The notes under the pieces are model-generated. The model had not been told where the DNA came from and made no database searches. It was given only the letters and a program-made list of their open reading frames with translations. Below, one piece after another: positions 30,032 through 41,364 of a DNA stretch of 64,000 nucleotides (position 1 is the first letter of the stretch; the number at the start of each line of letters is the position of its first letter). Origin of the DNA: an uncultured Spirochaetota bacterium. Its GTDB lineage: Bacteria > Spirochaetota > Spirochaetia > SZUA-6 > Fen-1364. Position numbers and translations under genes: made by a program. The DNA lies in NCBI GenBank assembly GCA_963745235.1, contig CAVUXE010000015.1, forward strand, positions 160,001 to 224,000, given 5' to 3'.

Positions 30032-31360
30032 ATGATCCCTCTACGGAAAGCGGGCCTTGCCTCCGCGCTGCTGCGAACGGCAGGCGCGGTCTTCCCCTTT
30101 TCAGCGCGCGGTCTCGCGTTTGTCGTGATGGCAGCGGTCCTCCTTGCCGCGGGCCTTGCACGCGACGATCTTGCCGCTCTTTTCTGGGGCGCAAGCTTCC
30201 TCCTGTATGCGCTCTACGCGATCCTGGCGAGTCACTTTTCCATGGTATTGCTGAGGGGAAAAAGAAACGCAGAGCCCGACTTTCTCACCGTCATCCTGCC
30301 CCAACAAGGCATGAGCCCCGGCGATCTTGCCGAAGCGCATGTCTCCGCCAGGCTTCCCCGCGCCCTCGCGCCTGGTTTCGTTGTTCACTTTTCCCTTCCC
30401 CTCTCCTGGCAGGAACGCTCGATTGAGTCCGTGACCTGCAGGCTCGACCCGGGCAGGACGGAGCACCCCATTCGCTTCCCGGCGCCGTGGCGTGGCGCCT
30501 ACCGTTGCCGCGAAGCGACCCTGGAGGTGCGGGATGTCCTTGGTTTCACGGCGAACCGCATGGGCGTGCCGGTTGACGCTGCTCTCACGGTCCACCCGGC
30601 GGTAGCCCACGGGCAGGCCTGGCGCATCCTGGCGGAAGGCGAAGCCCCGTCTGCCACAACGACACGGCGGCGGCGCAGCGAGGAGCTCCTGGAAGTCCGC
30701 AAGTACTACCCTGGCGACGACGCGCGGCGCTTGAACTGGAAGGTGTTCGCCCATTCGCGGGAGCTGTTCCTCCGCGTGGGAGAGGAGACCCCTCCCCCTG
30801 AATCCCGGATCCTGTTCGTGCTTGACGCAAACGAAAACCCGCTGATCCCGCGCCAGCTGCGCAGCGCGTACCTGGATGCGCTGGTCGATTCCTGTGCCTC
30901 GGCAATGGAGTCGCTGTTGAGCGACCGAACGGCAGTCCTTTTCTGCCGCCCCGGCGCCCGGGATTGCCGCCAGTACTCGCAGGAGATGCGGGCGCAGCTC
31001 CTGGCGGCCCTTGCGGACCAGTGGTGGGCGGACACGTCGTGGCAACCGCAGCTGCCCGTGCTCCCTCGACTCCACGCCGCTGTGTTTTCAACCCCCGGGT
31101 CGCCCGGACTTGCAGCGATCCTGGCCCAGATCAGCGACAGGGGATGGAGCACCAGCCTCTTCCTCAAGGAGCCCCCCGGTCCCGGGGTTGCAGCCCGGCT
31201 TGGCCTGCGGGACCTGCTGTTCCTGCGTACTGAGCTTCCCGGTCACGCCAGTCCAGCAGGGCTTCAGCGGGAGCGAGCGGTCCTGAACGATGCTCTGGCG
31301 AAAGACCTGGCAACGTATGCAGGCCCGGGCTGGAAGGTGCGCCATGCACGGGAAATCTGA
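30032..31360 (+). CDS. DUF58 domain membrane protein
   Basis: VRKYYPGDD.RRLNWK..A; follows MoxR. Confidence 0.85.
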   Translation: MIPLRKAGLASALLRTAGAVFPFSARGLAFVVMAAVLLAAGLARDDLAALFWGASFLLYALYAILASHFSMVLLRGKRNAEPDFLTVILPQQGMSPGDLAEAHVSARLPRALAPGFVVHFSLPLSWQERSIESVTCRLDPGRTEHPIRFPAPWRGAYRCREATLEVRDVLGFTANRMGVPVDAALTVHPAVAHGQAWRILAEGEAPSATTTRRRRSEELLEVRKYYPGDDARRLNWKVFAHSRELFLRVGEETPPPESRILFVLDANENPLIPRQLRSAYLDALVDSCASAMESLLSDRTAVLFCRPGARDCRQYSQEMRAQLLAALADQWWADTSWQPQLPVLPRLHAAVFSTPGSPGLAAILAQISDRGWSTSLFLKEPPGPGVAARLGLRDLLFLRTELPGHASPAGLQRERAVLNDALAKDLATYAGPGWKVRHAREI

Positions 31361-33486
31361 GTCCGTCCGAAAGCTTTCCCTCCTTCTCCTCAGGAACCTG
31401 ATCCTGTTTTTCCTGCTCCTGAACGCTTTTCTCCAGCTCCGTGACCAGCTGGATCTGATCTTCCTGAGCGCGGCCCTGGTCCTGGGGATCTTTGCGGGTC
31501 TTCTCACGGAGCGCGCGCGGCTTCGCTTTCTCCCCGCGCTGGCGCTGGCCGTTGTCCTTCCGATTGCCTTTCGCGCCCTTTTCTTCCTTGTTTTCAGGCT
31601 CCAGAGAGCCATAGCTTCAGCGCCTGCAACGGACTTCCTTTTCTTCTATTTCGACAAGGACTTCTTTCCCGGCGCTTGCAGGGTATGCGGTAGCGTGGCT
31701 GTTCAACTTCCTAGCCATGCGCCATCAACGCTTTCCCATCATCGAAGCAGGGATAAACTCAGTCCTGCTGGTGGCGGTGTTCTGGTCTCAGGCGGGGTAC
31801 CGACTCACTCTGTACCCGCATCCGCTTGCCTATGCCCTGGTCCTCTCGGTCTTTGTCATAGCGGAGTTCTTCGTGCTCTTGCTGGCTGGCGCGACAACGG
31901 CGGGGAGCGAAACCCGCGCTCCTCTCCGCGGACGCACCATCCTCAGCTTTGCGTGGATCGTCGTACCGCTCCTGCTCATATTTCTCTTCTTTCTCCTGGG
32001 CAAGTACAGCGAAGGGGCCGTGAAGGCGGGCGGCGGCCTCATGCGCCCGACTCTCTTCCGTTTCGACTTCGCCCCCTACGTCAGGCTGGAAAGCGAGATC
32101 CGCACCTCCAACGACACGGTCATGCTCTTTCGCACGGAAGGGAAGGCTGACAGGTTCCTCCTGAGACGGTTCGTCCTGGGCAGCTACGATTCCCAGCGGG
32201 GGTTTTTCATGGAACCCGGCCACGACAGCAGCGAATCCTCAACGGTCGTGCCTGATTCTCCCGAGACTTTCCCTGACCCCGGCTACCGCGATCGGGAGCG
32301 CGTTTCGCAGGAGTACTACTTTCTCACCCTGGATCCGTCCTCGCTGATCGCCCTCAACTACCCCGTGCGCGTGGCACCCCTTTCCAACTGGAAATCCTCC
32401 TCGTTCCTGCGCGTCTACAGGGTGGACTCGAAGATGATGCGATCCTCTGCTGCGCCCGAGAAGGTGGTGACACAGCCCTCCCTGCCGCCCGGGGCCCTGT
32501 CCTACTACACGCGCTGGGGCGATGATCCTCTGATCAGGAACCTCGCGGAGCAGATCACGGCGGACGCGGGGGGCTACTATGCGAAGGCCGCGGCGATAGA
32601 GGAATACCTCAGGACGCATTACCTCTACTCCCTGAAACCCGGCATTGCCACGGACGGCAACCAGCTCCGTCACTTCCTCTTCGAATCCAAGAAGGGATAC
32701 TGCTCGTATTTCGCGTTCGCCATGGCGCTCATGTGCCGCAGCCTGGGGATCCCCGCCCGAGTCTCGGTGGGCTTCTTCGTCGATCCCCGCTCGGAGATCC
32801 TCAATTTCTACGAGGTCAAGGCGTTCCAGGCGCATGCGTGGGTCGAGGTCTGGTTCGGCAACATCGGCTGGGTGGAGTTCGATCCGACCTCGGATCAGCT
32901 TGCGCCGGGTGAGCAGTTCACACCCTACAGGGGGCCTGACAAGGACAGGATGGCGAAGCTCATTGCCGAAATACTCAAGAACCAGTCAGGCATGACCGAG
33001 GAACGGGCACCCAGGGAGCCTGTTGCCGGCTCCGCGAGACACCTCGGGGAAGCTTTTGCACGGATTGCCCTCTTCGTGGCCCGCTTGTGGTACCTGACGC
33101 TGCCGACTTTGTATGCCCTGTTTCTCCTGGCAGGGAAGGTGCTGCCATCAATTCCCGAGCTGGTTTCCATGAACAGGCGGCGAAGGGTGAAAGGCGCCTA
33201 CCGTCTCTGCCTCGTGAGCCTTGCCGGCGTCGGGCTCCCCCGACGGCCCGGGGAATCGCTGCTCGAGCACGCCCGCAGGGTGGGACAGGACGAGGGGGTG
33301 CCGCTGTCTATCGCAACGGACCAGATGATGAAGGCGTCTTTCGCCGCCGCCTTCGGGAAAGCGGACGAACTGGCTGCCCGGGCGGCGTCCCGCGAGTTTC
33401 GCGCCGCCTTCCGGGCCCGCACGCCGTTTGCGCGACGGCTGCTCGGCCTGGTCAATCCCATCGGCTCGCTGGCAAGGATGATCTGA
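31344..33486 (+). CDS. Membrane-anchored transglutaminase-like protein, frameshift near 31670-31690
   Basis: N-terminal TM helices; GYCSYFA, GIPARV..GF, AHAWVEV, WVEFDPT (Cys-His-Asp triad). Confidence 0.85.
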
Positions 33487-35262
33487 ATGCCTTCGCCCCG
33501 GGCCTCCGTTGTGTTTCTTGCAGCGCTCCTGTTCCTGCCACCGGCGCTCCTCTCAGCCCAACAGCCCGGCCGGGACGAAACCCTGAACGAGATGTACGGG
33601 CAGGCGAGGCAGGCTATCTCCCAGGACGCCTATGAGTCGGCGGTCAGGATCCTGACAAAGGCGAAGGAACGCTTCCCGGGCGCCCCCAAGGTCAACCTTG
33701 CCCTCGCGGACCTCTATTACGACAAGGAGCTCTACAGCCTGGCGCTGGAAGAATACCAGGCCGCGGAGAAGAAGGGCGCCACGGATATCACAACGCTCAC
33801 GCAGATCTCCCGCTCGTTCGGAAAGCTCAACCAGGAGAAGAAGTCGATCGAGTACCTGACGCGCATCCTCTCCGAATGGCCTGACAGCGCTGACACGGTC
33901 GACGACCTCGGCTGGATGTACTTCAAGACCCACCAGCTGGACAAGGGCGAGTCTGTTGTCCGCACGGGCATCGAGCGGCTCGGCCTGCAGCGCGGTCTTG
34001 CCATGACGCTGGGGACCATCTACTCCGGGTTGAACCGCTACGCCAGCTCGCGGGATTTCTACCTGAAAGCGATAGACGAGGCGCTTCGCGTCGGAGACCG
34101 CTCCTTCGCCGCCATCGCTTACTACAACCTGTCTCTCCTGGAGCACAACTTCTTCCATTACAACTCGGCCTTGCGAGACACAGACGACTCCATCGCGATG
34201 GACGATCGCCCCTCGGGCCACCTTGCTCGGGGAGAGCTCTTCGAGTCCCGCCTGGACTTCTCCTCCGCGCAGGCGGAGTACCAGAGCGCCTACGCAAAGG
34301 ACGACACGCCTCTGTCCAAGGTGAACATCGCAATCCTGCTGCAGAAGTCCGGGCAGCTGGACCTTGCGCGGCGCTACGGAGAGGAGGTGCTTTCCTCCCG
34401 GGACCTCGCCTGGCTGGTGTACTACGGGACCGACATCACCCGACACTTCAAGGACGTCCATGAGCTGCTGAAAGACGTGTACGCGGGGCTCGCGCGGCTG
34501 GAGCTTGCCAGGCCAACGGCGGGTCCGCTGGCCAGGCTCGCCGCGCTGCTCGCGGCCGCGCGGGACCAGGTCCTCTCCTGGTACCATCGCCAGAGGTTCC
34601 GCATGTACTCCCTCATCGTGGGCAGGCAGTACCTGGCAGAGGGATCGTACGAAGACGCCTGGTGGGAGTTCTACCGGGGCAACGAAGGATACCGCGAAGT
34701 CGCCCTGAAGTACCTCCAGATGGCGCGACGGCTGGAGACTGCTCGCTCGCCTCACGCCGAGTATTTCTACCTCCAGGAGGAAGGGAAGCTGACCCGGTCC
34801 CCTGAGCTCCTGCGCAGGTCAATTGACGGCTTCGACCCGTTCTGGGAGAAAGAGGCGACTGCGGACTCGCTCCTGGCGTTGGTTCCCCTGCTTCGCGGTG
34901 TACAACGACGGGAGGCCATTGCGCAGCTCTACGGTCTCAACCCCGGGGCTCTTCCCCAGGCGGGGCTCGGCCTTCCCGTGACCGTCGACTTTCGCGCAGC
35001 CGATCTGAGCGCTCGGGAGAAAAGGCTGATCCTGCGATATCTTCGCAGAGCAGGCTCTGAATGCGTGCGGGGGCCCACCGAGGCAATACGGTATTCCCTC
35101 ACGCTCTCCCGGGAGACAGGGGGCGCCGTTCGCTGGGCTGTCATGGACACGCAGGCCGGGACCACAATCGCCGGTGGGAACGTTCCGTTCACTGGCTGGG
35201 CGCCAGCACGCTGCGCGCGGCTCGTACAGTCAATCCTTGAAGAGCTGTATGCCGTTCACTAA
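33487..35262 (+). CDS. Secreted tetratricopeptide repeat protein
   Basis: Signal peptide; TPR-like repeats (LADLYY, LGWMYF, LGTIYS, AYYNL). Confidence 0.8.
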   Translation: MPSPRASVVFLAALLFLPPALLSAQQPGRDETLNEMYGQARQAISQDAYESAVRILTKAKERFPGAPKVNLALADLYYDKELYSLALEEYQAAEKKGATDITTLTQISRSFGKLNQEKKSIEYLTRILSEWPDSADTVDDLGWMYFKTHQLDKGESVVRTGIERLGLQRGLAMTLGTIYSGLNRYASSRDFYLKAIDEALRVGDRSFAAIAYYNLSLLEHNFFHYNSALRDTDDSIAMDDRPSGHLARGELFESRLDFSSAQAEYQSAYAKDDTPLSKVNIAILLQKSGQLDLARRYGEEVLSSRDLAWLVYYGTDITRHFKDVHELLKDVYAGLARLELARPTAGPLARLAALLAAARDQVLSWYHRQRFRMYSLIVGRQYLAEGSYEDAWWEFYRGNEGYREVALKYLQMARRLETARSPHAEYFYLQEEGKLTRSPELLRRSIDGFDPFWEKEATADSLLALVPLLRGVQRREAIAQLYGLNPGALPQAGLGLPVTVDFRAADLSAREKRLILRYLRRAGSECVRGPTEAIRYSLTLSRETGGAVRWAVMDTQAGTTIAGGNVPFTGWAPARCARLVQSILEELYAVH

Positions 35263-35292
35263 ACTATAAGAAGAGGGGAAAAGGGAGTCTCA

Positions 35293-37234
35293 GTGCCAAA
35301 GCTTGTTCTGAAGGTGGCGGAAGGCGTTCCGGAGCTTCCGGCCGTGGTGCAAAAAGACAAAGGCGTGGCGGTCCGGCGCGTCCGGCGCATGTCCGCGGGC
35401 TCGCAGGACAGCGGGGACCTGGTTGCCTGGCTGGTGGACAGCGGCTTCCTGCAGGAGAACGGCAAGGCATTGTGCGAAACGAAGGTGGAGGCTGGGTCCG
35501 TCCTGCTGTGGAACCCGGGAGGGAAGGCGCCCGCGCCGGAAGGAGCTCTGCCGGAGGAGCTTCTGTACGAGGAAGTCTTCTCTTTCTCCCGGCCCCAGGA
35601 CTTCCAGCGCTTGCTCAGGAATCTTTTTCGACGGCTCCACCTGGAAAGAGAGCTCGCGGAGAAGGACCGGCTCCTCAAGGCCAAGGAGTCGGAGAACTCC
35701 GAGCTTCTCCAGGTGGGCATCGCCCTCTCGGCGGAGCGGGACAACGACAAGCTGCTCGACTACATCCTCCGCCAGCTGCGCCAGATCACCCGCGCGGATG
35801 CCGGGACCCTGTACCTGCTGGAGCGTGACGAGACCAAGGGGGAGCAGAAGCTCCGGTTCAAGATCACGCAGAACGACTCCAACCCCCGGGACTATACGGA
35901 GTTCGTGATGCCGCTGTCCAAGAAGACGATCTCCGGCTACGTGGCGTCCACGGGCACGGTGCTCAACATCCCGGATGCCTACAAGATCCCGCCGACAAGG
36001 AATACGGGTTCAACGTCGACAATGGACAAGTCCACCGGGTACCGCTCGAAGAGCATGCTCACCGTGCCCATGCAGGACCACAAGGGCGAGATCCTCGGGG
36101 TCGTCCAGCTCATCAACAGGAAGACGGACTTCGATCTGAAGATCGCGGCCCCGGAGGAGGCGGACAGGATCGTGGTGCCGTTCCCCAAGGACATCGAGCC
36201 GCTTGTGCTTTCCCTTGCCTCCCAGGCGGCCGTCTCCCTGGAGAACAACCAGCTCTACCAGGAGATCGAGACGCTGTTCGAGGGCTTCGTGAAGGCGTCG
36301 GTGCAGGCAATCGAATCTCGAGATCCCACCACCTCGGGCCATTCGAACCGGGTTGCCGTCTACACGGTGGGCCTCGCGAAGGCCGTGGACCCGCGTCGAT
36401 GCGGGTGCCTACAAGGGCGTGAGCTTTTCTCCCGAGCACATGAAGGAGATCCGCTACGCGAGCCTCCTGCACGACTTCGGCAAGGTCGGTGTCCGCGAGC
36501 ACGTCCTGGTCAAGGCAAAGAAGCTCTATCCGGAGCAGTTCGAGCTCGTGAAGATGCGCCTTGCGTACATCCGCAAGGCGAAGCTCTACGACCTCCTGAG
36601 CGAGAGGTTCGCCGCGGTCATCCGCGACGGCACGGACGGATACCTGAGGCTCAAAGAGGAGATCGACCAGAGAGAGAGTGAGTACCTGGAGGAGATCGAC
36701 CGCTACCTCCAGACCATCGAAGGCGCCAACGAGCCCACCGTGCTCGCCGAGGACCCCTCACGCGTTCTTGACGAGATCAAGACGAAGAGGTTCACCGACG
36801 GGGAAGAGGAGATCCTCTTCCTCACCGAGGATGAGCATACCAAGCTCAAGATCCCCAAGGGCAGCCTCGACGACGAGGAAAGAGAGCAGATCAACAGCCA
36901 CGTCACGCACACCTACCGGTTCCTCCAGCAGATCCCCTGGACCAAGGAGATGCGCAACATCCCGGTGATCGCCTGGGGGCACCACGAGAAGCTGGACGGA
37001 TCCGGCTACCCGCGGAGCATCCGCGGTGAAGACATTGCGACGCAGACGCGGATGATGACTGTCTCTGACATCTATGACGCCCTGACCGCGAGCGACCGTC
37101 CCTACAAGCCGGCCGTCAAGCCGCAGAAGGCCCTGGAGATCCTCACCCTGGAGGTCAAGGAGAAGAAGCTGGACCCCGACCTCGTGAGAATCTTCATCGA
37201 AGCGAAGATCTGGGAGTCGAAGACGGAAGCCTGA
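35293..37234 (+). CDS. GAF + HD-GYP c-di-GMP phosphodiesterase, frameshifts near 35990-36020 and 36390
   Basis: ADAGTLYL, SMLTVPM, GVVQLIN GAF; RDPTTSGHS.RV, LHDFGK, HHEKLDGSGYP, DIYDALT..DRPYK. Confidence 0.88.
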
Positions 37235-38216
37235 TTATCTGGTCCTGCTCGGAAAACTCGAGCGGGGCCCGCCGGTTGTTTTCCTCCAGCCACACCCCGC
37301 TGCCCGGCTCCGTCATACTGCCGACCACCGCCGCGGGGATTTTCGCGTCCTCCAGCCGTCGGCATGCTTCCCGGGCGACCTCCGGCTCGGCCGTGAACAG
37401 GAACACCCCTGAGCTCAACAGGCCCAGGGGATCCATGGCGAAGCGGCGGCAGATCAGGCGGGTCTCCTCCCGGACGAAGAGGGCTTCCTCTCGAATCACA
37501 GCGCCAACCCCGCTTGCCCGACAGATCTCGTGGATCCCCATGGCCAGCCCGCCCTCGGTAGGATCATGACCGCTGGTCAGGGCCAGACCCTCCAGGATGC
37601 GGCCCTCCGGGACGATCGAGATCCCGGGATCATCCAGCCATCCGAGCACCGCCCGGTAGCCCGCGTCTCCGAGCACGGTGCGCGACACCTCCGGCTGCTC
37701 CCGCGCAATCGTGGTGGATCCTTCCAGGCCGGCCCACTTCGTCATGCACAGGGAATCTTTCGGATGCGCGCCGCCCGTTGAAAGCGGCGGCCCTGAAAGG
37801 AACCCTACCGCTTGCCCGCAGACCACGGTGCGCATGACGGCGGGAGTCACCTCGGTGTGCCCCCCCACCCAGAGCAAGCCGTTCCTCGAGCAGGCATCCG
37901 CAACGTCGGCGAAAATCCTTTCCAGCTCCTCTTCCGTCGTTCCCGGGGCAACGAGCACCGTGGTGGTGAGGTACACGGGCCGCCCCCCCATGGCGACGAT
38001 GTCGTTTGCATTCACCGCGGCAACATAGGCGCCGAGGCGGGTGTCGGTGAAAGTGACCGGGTCTGCGGCCAGGACAATCCTGTCCGCGCCGGATACCACC
38101 GCGGCGTCCTCTCCCGGGCCAGCGCCAACGGTGACCAGCGGAGACCGTGATGTGTGCCGCAGCAGCCGCTCTAGAAGGGCGAGCGGCAGCTTGCCGGGTG
38201 GGAGGGGAGCCTTCAT
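37194..38216 (-). CDS. AIR synthase-related (PurM/HypE/ThiL superfamily) protein
   Basis: GKLP, GEDAAV, ADPVT, NANDI..MG, GGHTEVT, HDPTEGG, SSG. Confidence 0.85.
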   Translation of the reverse strand: MKAPLPPGKLPLALLERLLRHTSRSPLVTVGAGPGEDAAVVSGADRIVLAADPVTFTDTRLGAYVAAVNANDIVAMGGRPVYLTTTVLVAPGTTEEELERIFADVADACSRNGLLWVGGHTEVTPAVMRTVVCGQAVGFLSGPPLSTGGAHPKDSLCMTKWAGLEGSTTIAREQPEVSRTVLGDAGYRAVLGWLDDPGISIVPEGRILEGLALTSGHDPTEGGLAMGIHEICRASGVGAVIREEALFVREETRLICRRFAMDPLGLLSSGVFLFTAEPEVAREACRRLEDAKIPAAVVGSMTEPGSGVWLEENNRRAPLEFSEQDQIIRLPSSTPRSSLR

Positions 38217-38224
38217 GTCCGGCC

Positions 38225-38302
38225 AGAATCCGGTGAAAAGCCGGTTCCGTCAAGAACCGCCCGAGCGGCGACTTGCACATACGCGGGGCCGAGGGCTACA
38301 AT
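38225..38302. promoter_or_regulatory. Divergent sigma70 promoter pair
   Basis: Minus strand: TTGACG-N17-GATTCT, 8 nt to ATG 38216; plus strand: TTGCAC-N18-TACAAT, 7 nt to ATG 38310. Confidence 0.55.
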
Positions 38303-38309
38303 AGAAGCA

Positions 38310-39125
38310 ATGGCAAAGTCGCGCGTCGTCGAGTACCAGGAGAGGTTTGCAGACCAAGCGATCCGTTTTACGCCCTACGCACTGAAAAAGACCGGCCTGG
38401 TCCAGTCCCAGGTCTTCCTCCACATCGAAGACTACCTCCTGATCTGCGCCCCGTTCCAGCTCTCCATGAAGCGAGGCATCTTCCTCGTCGTGCTGAGCGC
38501 CCAGGAGATCTCCTTCTTCCAGCAGTTCCAGAAGAAGCTCTGCTCCATCAACCTGACATTCCAGCAGACGGGGAGCAAGAAGCCACTGACGCTCCTCCTG
38601 CGCGGCACCCTGGAGAGGATCGGGCCGGTGAAGGGAAAGCAGAACGTCTGCATGATGGATGCCGCGTTCAAGACCTGTCCGAACGACCTCGTGGAAATCA
38701 TCGGAGACTACCTGCACGCCTACGAAGGCCTCAGGAGCCAGTTCGAGAACTTTTCCGGCAAGGCCATCCCGCTGGATGAGGCGGCCGCGAAGCTGATGCG
38801 GTACAACAACTACGTGGAGCTTCTGACGGGCACAGGGAAAGCCAGGGCGACGCTGGTGTCCCTGGCCGCCAACAGCATTTCCGTGCGGCTTCCGGCTCGT
38901 CCCCCTGAGGTGGCAGAAGGATCGGCGTGCTCCCTCCGTCTGTATTTCCAGGTCTACCAGTTCACCGCCAGCGGGAAAGTGACGGCCCTGCAGCAGATCG
39001 ACGGAGAGCAGGTCCTCCTCACCATCGGCCTCGAGTTCACGCCCGAATTGATTGAAATCGTGGACGACTATTTCTTCCGCCAGAGCATCCAGGCCCGTGG
39101 AAAGGTCGTCCAGCAGGGGGCCTAA
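38310..39125 (+). CDS. PilZN3/PilZ-like two-domain protein (spirochaete PlzA-like)
   Basis: Overall resemblance by eye (C.P..LSM..., CP.DL.EIIG, G.EF..ELIEI..DY); no RxxxR motif. Confidence 0.55.
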   Translation: MAKSRVVEYQERFADQAIRFTPYALKKTGLVQSQVFLHIEDYLLICAPFQLSMKRGIFLVVLSAQEISFFQQFQKKLCSINLTFQQTGSKKPLTLLLRGTLERIGPVKGKQNVCMMDAAFKTCPNDLVEIIGDYLHAYEGLRSQFENFSGKAIPLDEAAAKLMRYNNYVELLTGTGKARATLVSLAANSISVRLPARPPEVAEGSACSLRLYFQVYQFTASGKVTALQQIDGEQVLLTIGLEFTPELIEIVDDYFFRQSIQARGKVVQQGA

Positions 39126-39231
39126 CCCTGCCGCGGCGCCGAAAAGCCCACGATAGCTTCCCGCCGAACACCGCGGATTTTGTGACACTCCCGTGACCTC
39201 CCATGTGCATATTTAGGGGCGGGAGGTGCGC

Positions 39232-40329
39232 GTGAAAACCAAAGCGCTGATGAAGGAAGTGCAAAAGCAGGTCGCCGCCGATGGCCCCGGGCACTACCCG
39301 GGAGCCGCGCTTCCAGCCTGGATGGAGAAGGCCGGCGACGCGGAGTTGTGGCGCATCAACGCCTTCGAAGTGGCCGGGAAGCTCGCCGTGGACCGCACCA
39401 GGCTCCTGGCAACTTTCATCCGGCTGGTACAGGAAGGCGTGCTGGACCTCAACTGGGATTTCCACTGCACGGAATGCAACGCGGTTGCGGGCACCCACCG
39501 CCACCTGCGGGAGGCCACCGCGGGCAACCACTGCCCCCTGTGCAACGTGGACTTCCGCAACGACCTGGCAAAGAACGTGGAGGTGACCTTCTCCCCCAAC
39601 GCGAAGCTCTACGCGGTGGATAAATCGTTCCTCGACCAGCAGACGCGCCTGACGGTGAAACTGCACGGGGAGAAGAAGATTCGCCTGCCGGATACGTTCG
39701 TGAACGGAATGGATTGCCTCCACGTTCCGCTTTTCCGCGAGATGTTCGAGACGGAGACCCTCTCCCTCCGGGAGAGCCTGAGCATCAGCCAGGTATGCAT
39801 CATGTTCACGGACATCAAGGGCTCGACGGAGCTCTACGACCGGCTCGGGGATTCAGCCGCGTATGGCCTGGTGCGGGACCACTTCGACGTGCTGTTTCGC
39901 ACGGTGGAGCAGAACGATGGGGTCATCGTCAAGACAATCGGGGACTCGGTGATGGCCTCCTTCCGCCATCCGGCTGATGGTGTGGCGGCCGCCATGTCCA
40001 TCCAGGCCGCTTTCGACGAGTTCAACAAGCGGGAGAACCTTCGCAACGAGATCATCGTGAAGATCGGAGTCCATGCCGGCAGCACCATCATGGTGAACCT
40101 CAACAACAGGCTGGACTACTTCGGCCAGGTGGTGAACATGGCCGCGCGCATCCAGGGCACCGCGGACGGCGGGGACATCATCATCTCCAGGGAGGTCAGG
40201 CGTGACCCGGGGGCCATCGAGCGCATGAGGGGACGCGTGAAGGGCCTGACGCGGCGGCTCCAGACGCTGAAGGGCATCTCGGGGGAGCAGGAGACCTTCC
40301 GGCTGGAGTTCAGTGGCGCTCCATCGTAA
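39232..40329 (+). CDS. Class III adenylate/guanylate cyclase with N-terminal CxxC/CxxC (DUF5939-like) domain
   Basis: MFTDIKGST, VKTIGDSVMA, KIGVHAG, DYFGQVVNMAARIQ; CTEC and CPLC. Confidence 0.88.
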   Translation: MKTKALMKEVQKQVAADGPGHYPGAALPAWMEKAGDAELWRINAFEVAGKLAVDRTRLLATFIRLVQEGVLDLNWDFHCTECNAVAGTHRHLREATAGNHCPLCNVDFRNDLAKNVEVTFSPNAKLYAVDKSFLDQQTRLTVKLHGEKKIRLPDTFVNGMDCLHVPLFREMFETETLSLRESLSISQVCIMFTDIKGSTELYDRLGDSAAYGLVRDHFDVLFRTVEQNDGVIVKTIGDSVMASFRHPADGVAAAMSIQAAFDEFNKRENLRNEIIVKIGVHAGSTIMVNLNNRLDYFGQVVNMAARIQGTADGGDIIISREVRRDPGAIERMRGRVKGLTRRLQTLKGISGEQETFRLEFSGAPS

Positions 40330-41353
40330 GCATGCGGGCCGCCGTCTTTCCCAGCTCCGTGTCGGGCCCGAGAGAGACGACCCTCGACAGGTTCTGCTTC
40401 TCCCTGCCGATGTCGCCTTTCCCCCGGTGCCCGAGGGCAGTCAGGAAGTAATACATGGGCGCCCGTTCTGGATCACCTGACAGCACCTGGCTGTAACGCG
40501 AAAGCCACGCAAGCTCTTCCGTAAAAGCAGATGCATCCAGGAGGAGCTTGGCGCGCAGTATTTCCAGGTCCTTCGCCCACTCTTCGCTCCCGCCGGGCTG
40601 AAGGCCGTCTGTCAGTTCAAGGGCGGCCGGTGTGTCACCTGTCATGGAGTGCGCGTACGCGAGGTAGGAACGGACCTCGACGGCCTCTTCCCCGGCTGCC
40701 GAGTCCAGCGCCTGCGTGAGCTCGTCGATGGCCCGCTCGTACTGCTGTGTGGCGATGAGAGCCTTGCCAGATTCCAGGTGGGACCGCGAATCTTCGAGCG
40801 CCGAATCATCCGACCCCGAATCACCCGAGACGTCGCCTTGCGGAGCCGCTGCCGCGCTGGGCGCGGAGGCGGCTGCGCCTGGGGCCTCATTCCCGGAGCC
40901 TTGCATTGCGCCCTCGGCCTCTGCATGGTTCATCTGCTCGGCCTGAGCCGCGGCGCGCTCCTCGTCGCTCGGGCTTCGGCTGCCAAGGACGCCCATGGCG
41001 GTGCTCTGCCTGAGGGACGATCCTCGAACCATGTATGCGAGGGCTGCCCGAAGGGATGGGCCGACTCCCGCCGCGTCCATGGCGCGGCGCGCGGAAAGAA
41101 TCGGTCCCAGGGAGTACGTGCCTGTGCGGGTGAGAATTACCTTCGCTCCTTGCGCGCTCAGCTCCAGGTGAGCCGATTCTCCGAGCCGCAGCGTTGCGTT
41201 TGTGGGGACCGGGTCTCCGACGGCCAGGTCCACCCATGCGGCCCCGCGACGCATGGAGGCGCTTCCGTCGACGTAGGAGACCCTCACGCCCTGCGCGCTG
41301 ATCCCGGTTGCAAGGGCGAGGCAGAAGATGATGACAGCCGCACTGGTTCTCAT
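40310..41353 (-). CDS. Secreted protein with FecR-like N-terminus and TPR-like C-terminus
   Basis: Signal peptide; VSYVDG...W.DL.VGD; helical repeat tail. Confidence 0.6.
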   Translation of the reverse strand: MRTSAAVIIFCLALATGISAQGVRVSYVDGSASMRRGAAWVDLAVGDPVPTNATLRLGESAHLELSAQGAKVILTRTGTYSLGPILSARRAMDAAGVGPSLRAALAYMVRGSSLRQSTAMGVLGSRSPSDEERAAAQAEQMNHAEAEGAMQGSGNEAPGAAASAPSAAAAPQGDVSGDSGSDDSALEDSRSHLESGKALIATQQYERAIDELTQALDSAAGEEAVEVRSYLAYAHSMTGDTPAALELTDGLQPGGSEEWAKDLEILRAKLLLDASAFTEELAWLSRYSQVLSGDPERAPMYYFLTALGHRGKGDIGREKQNLSRVVSLGPDTELGKTAARMLTMERH

Positions 41354-41364
41354 GGGTGCACCGC

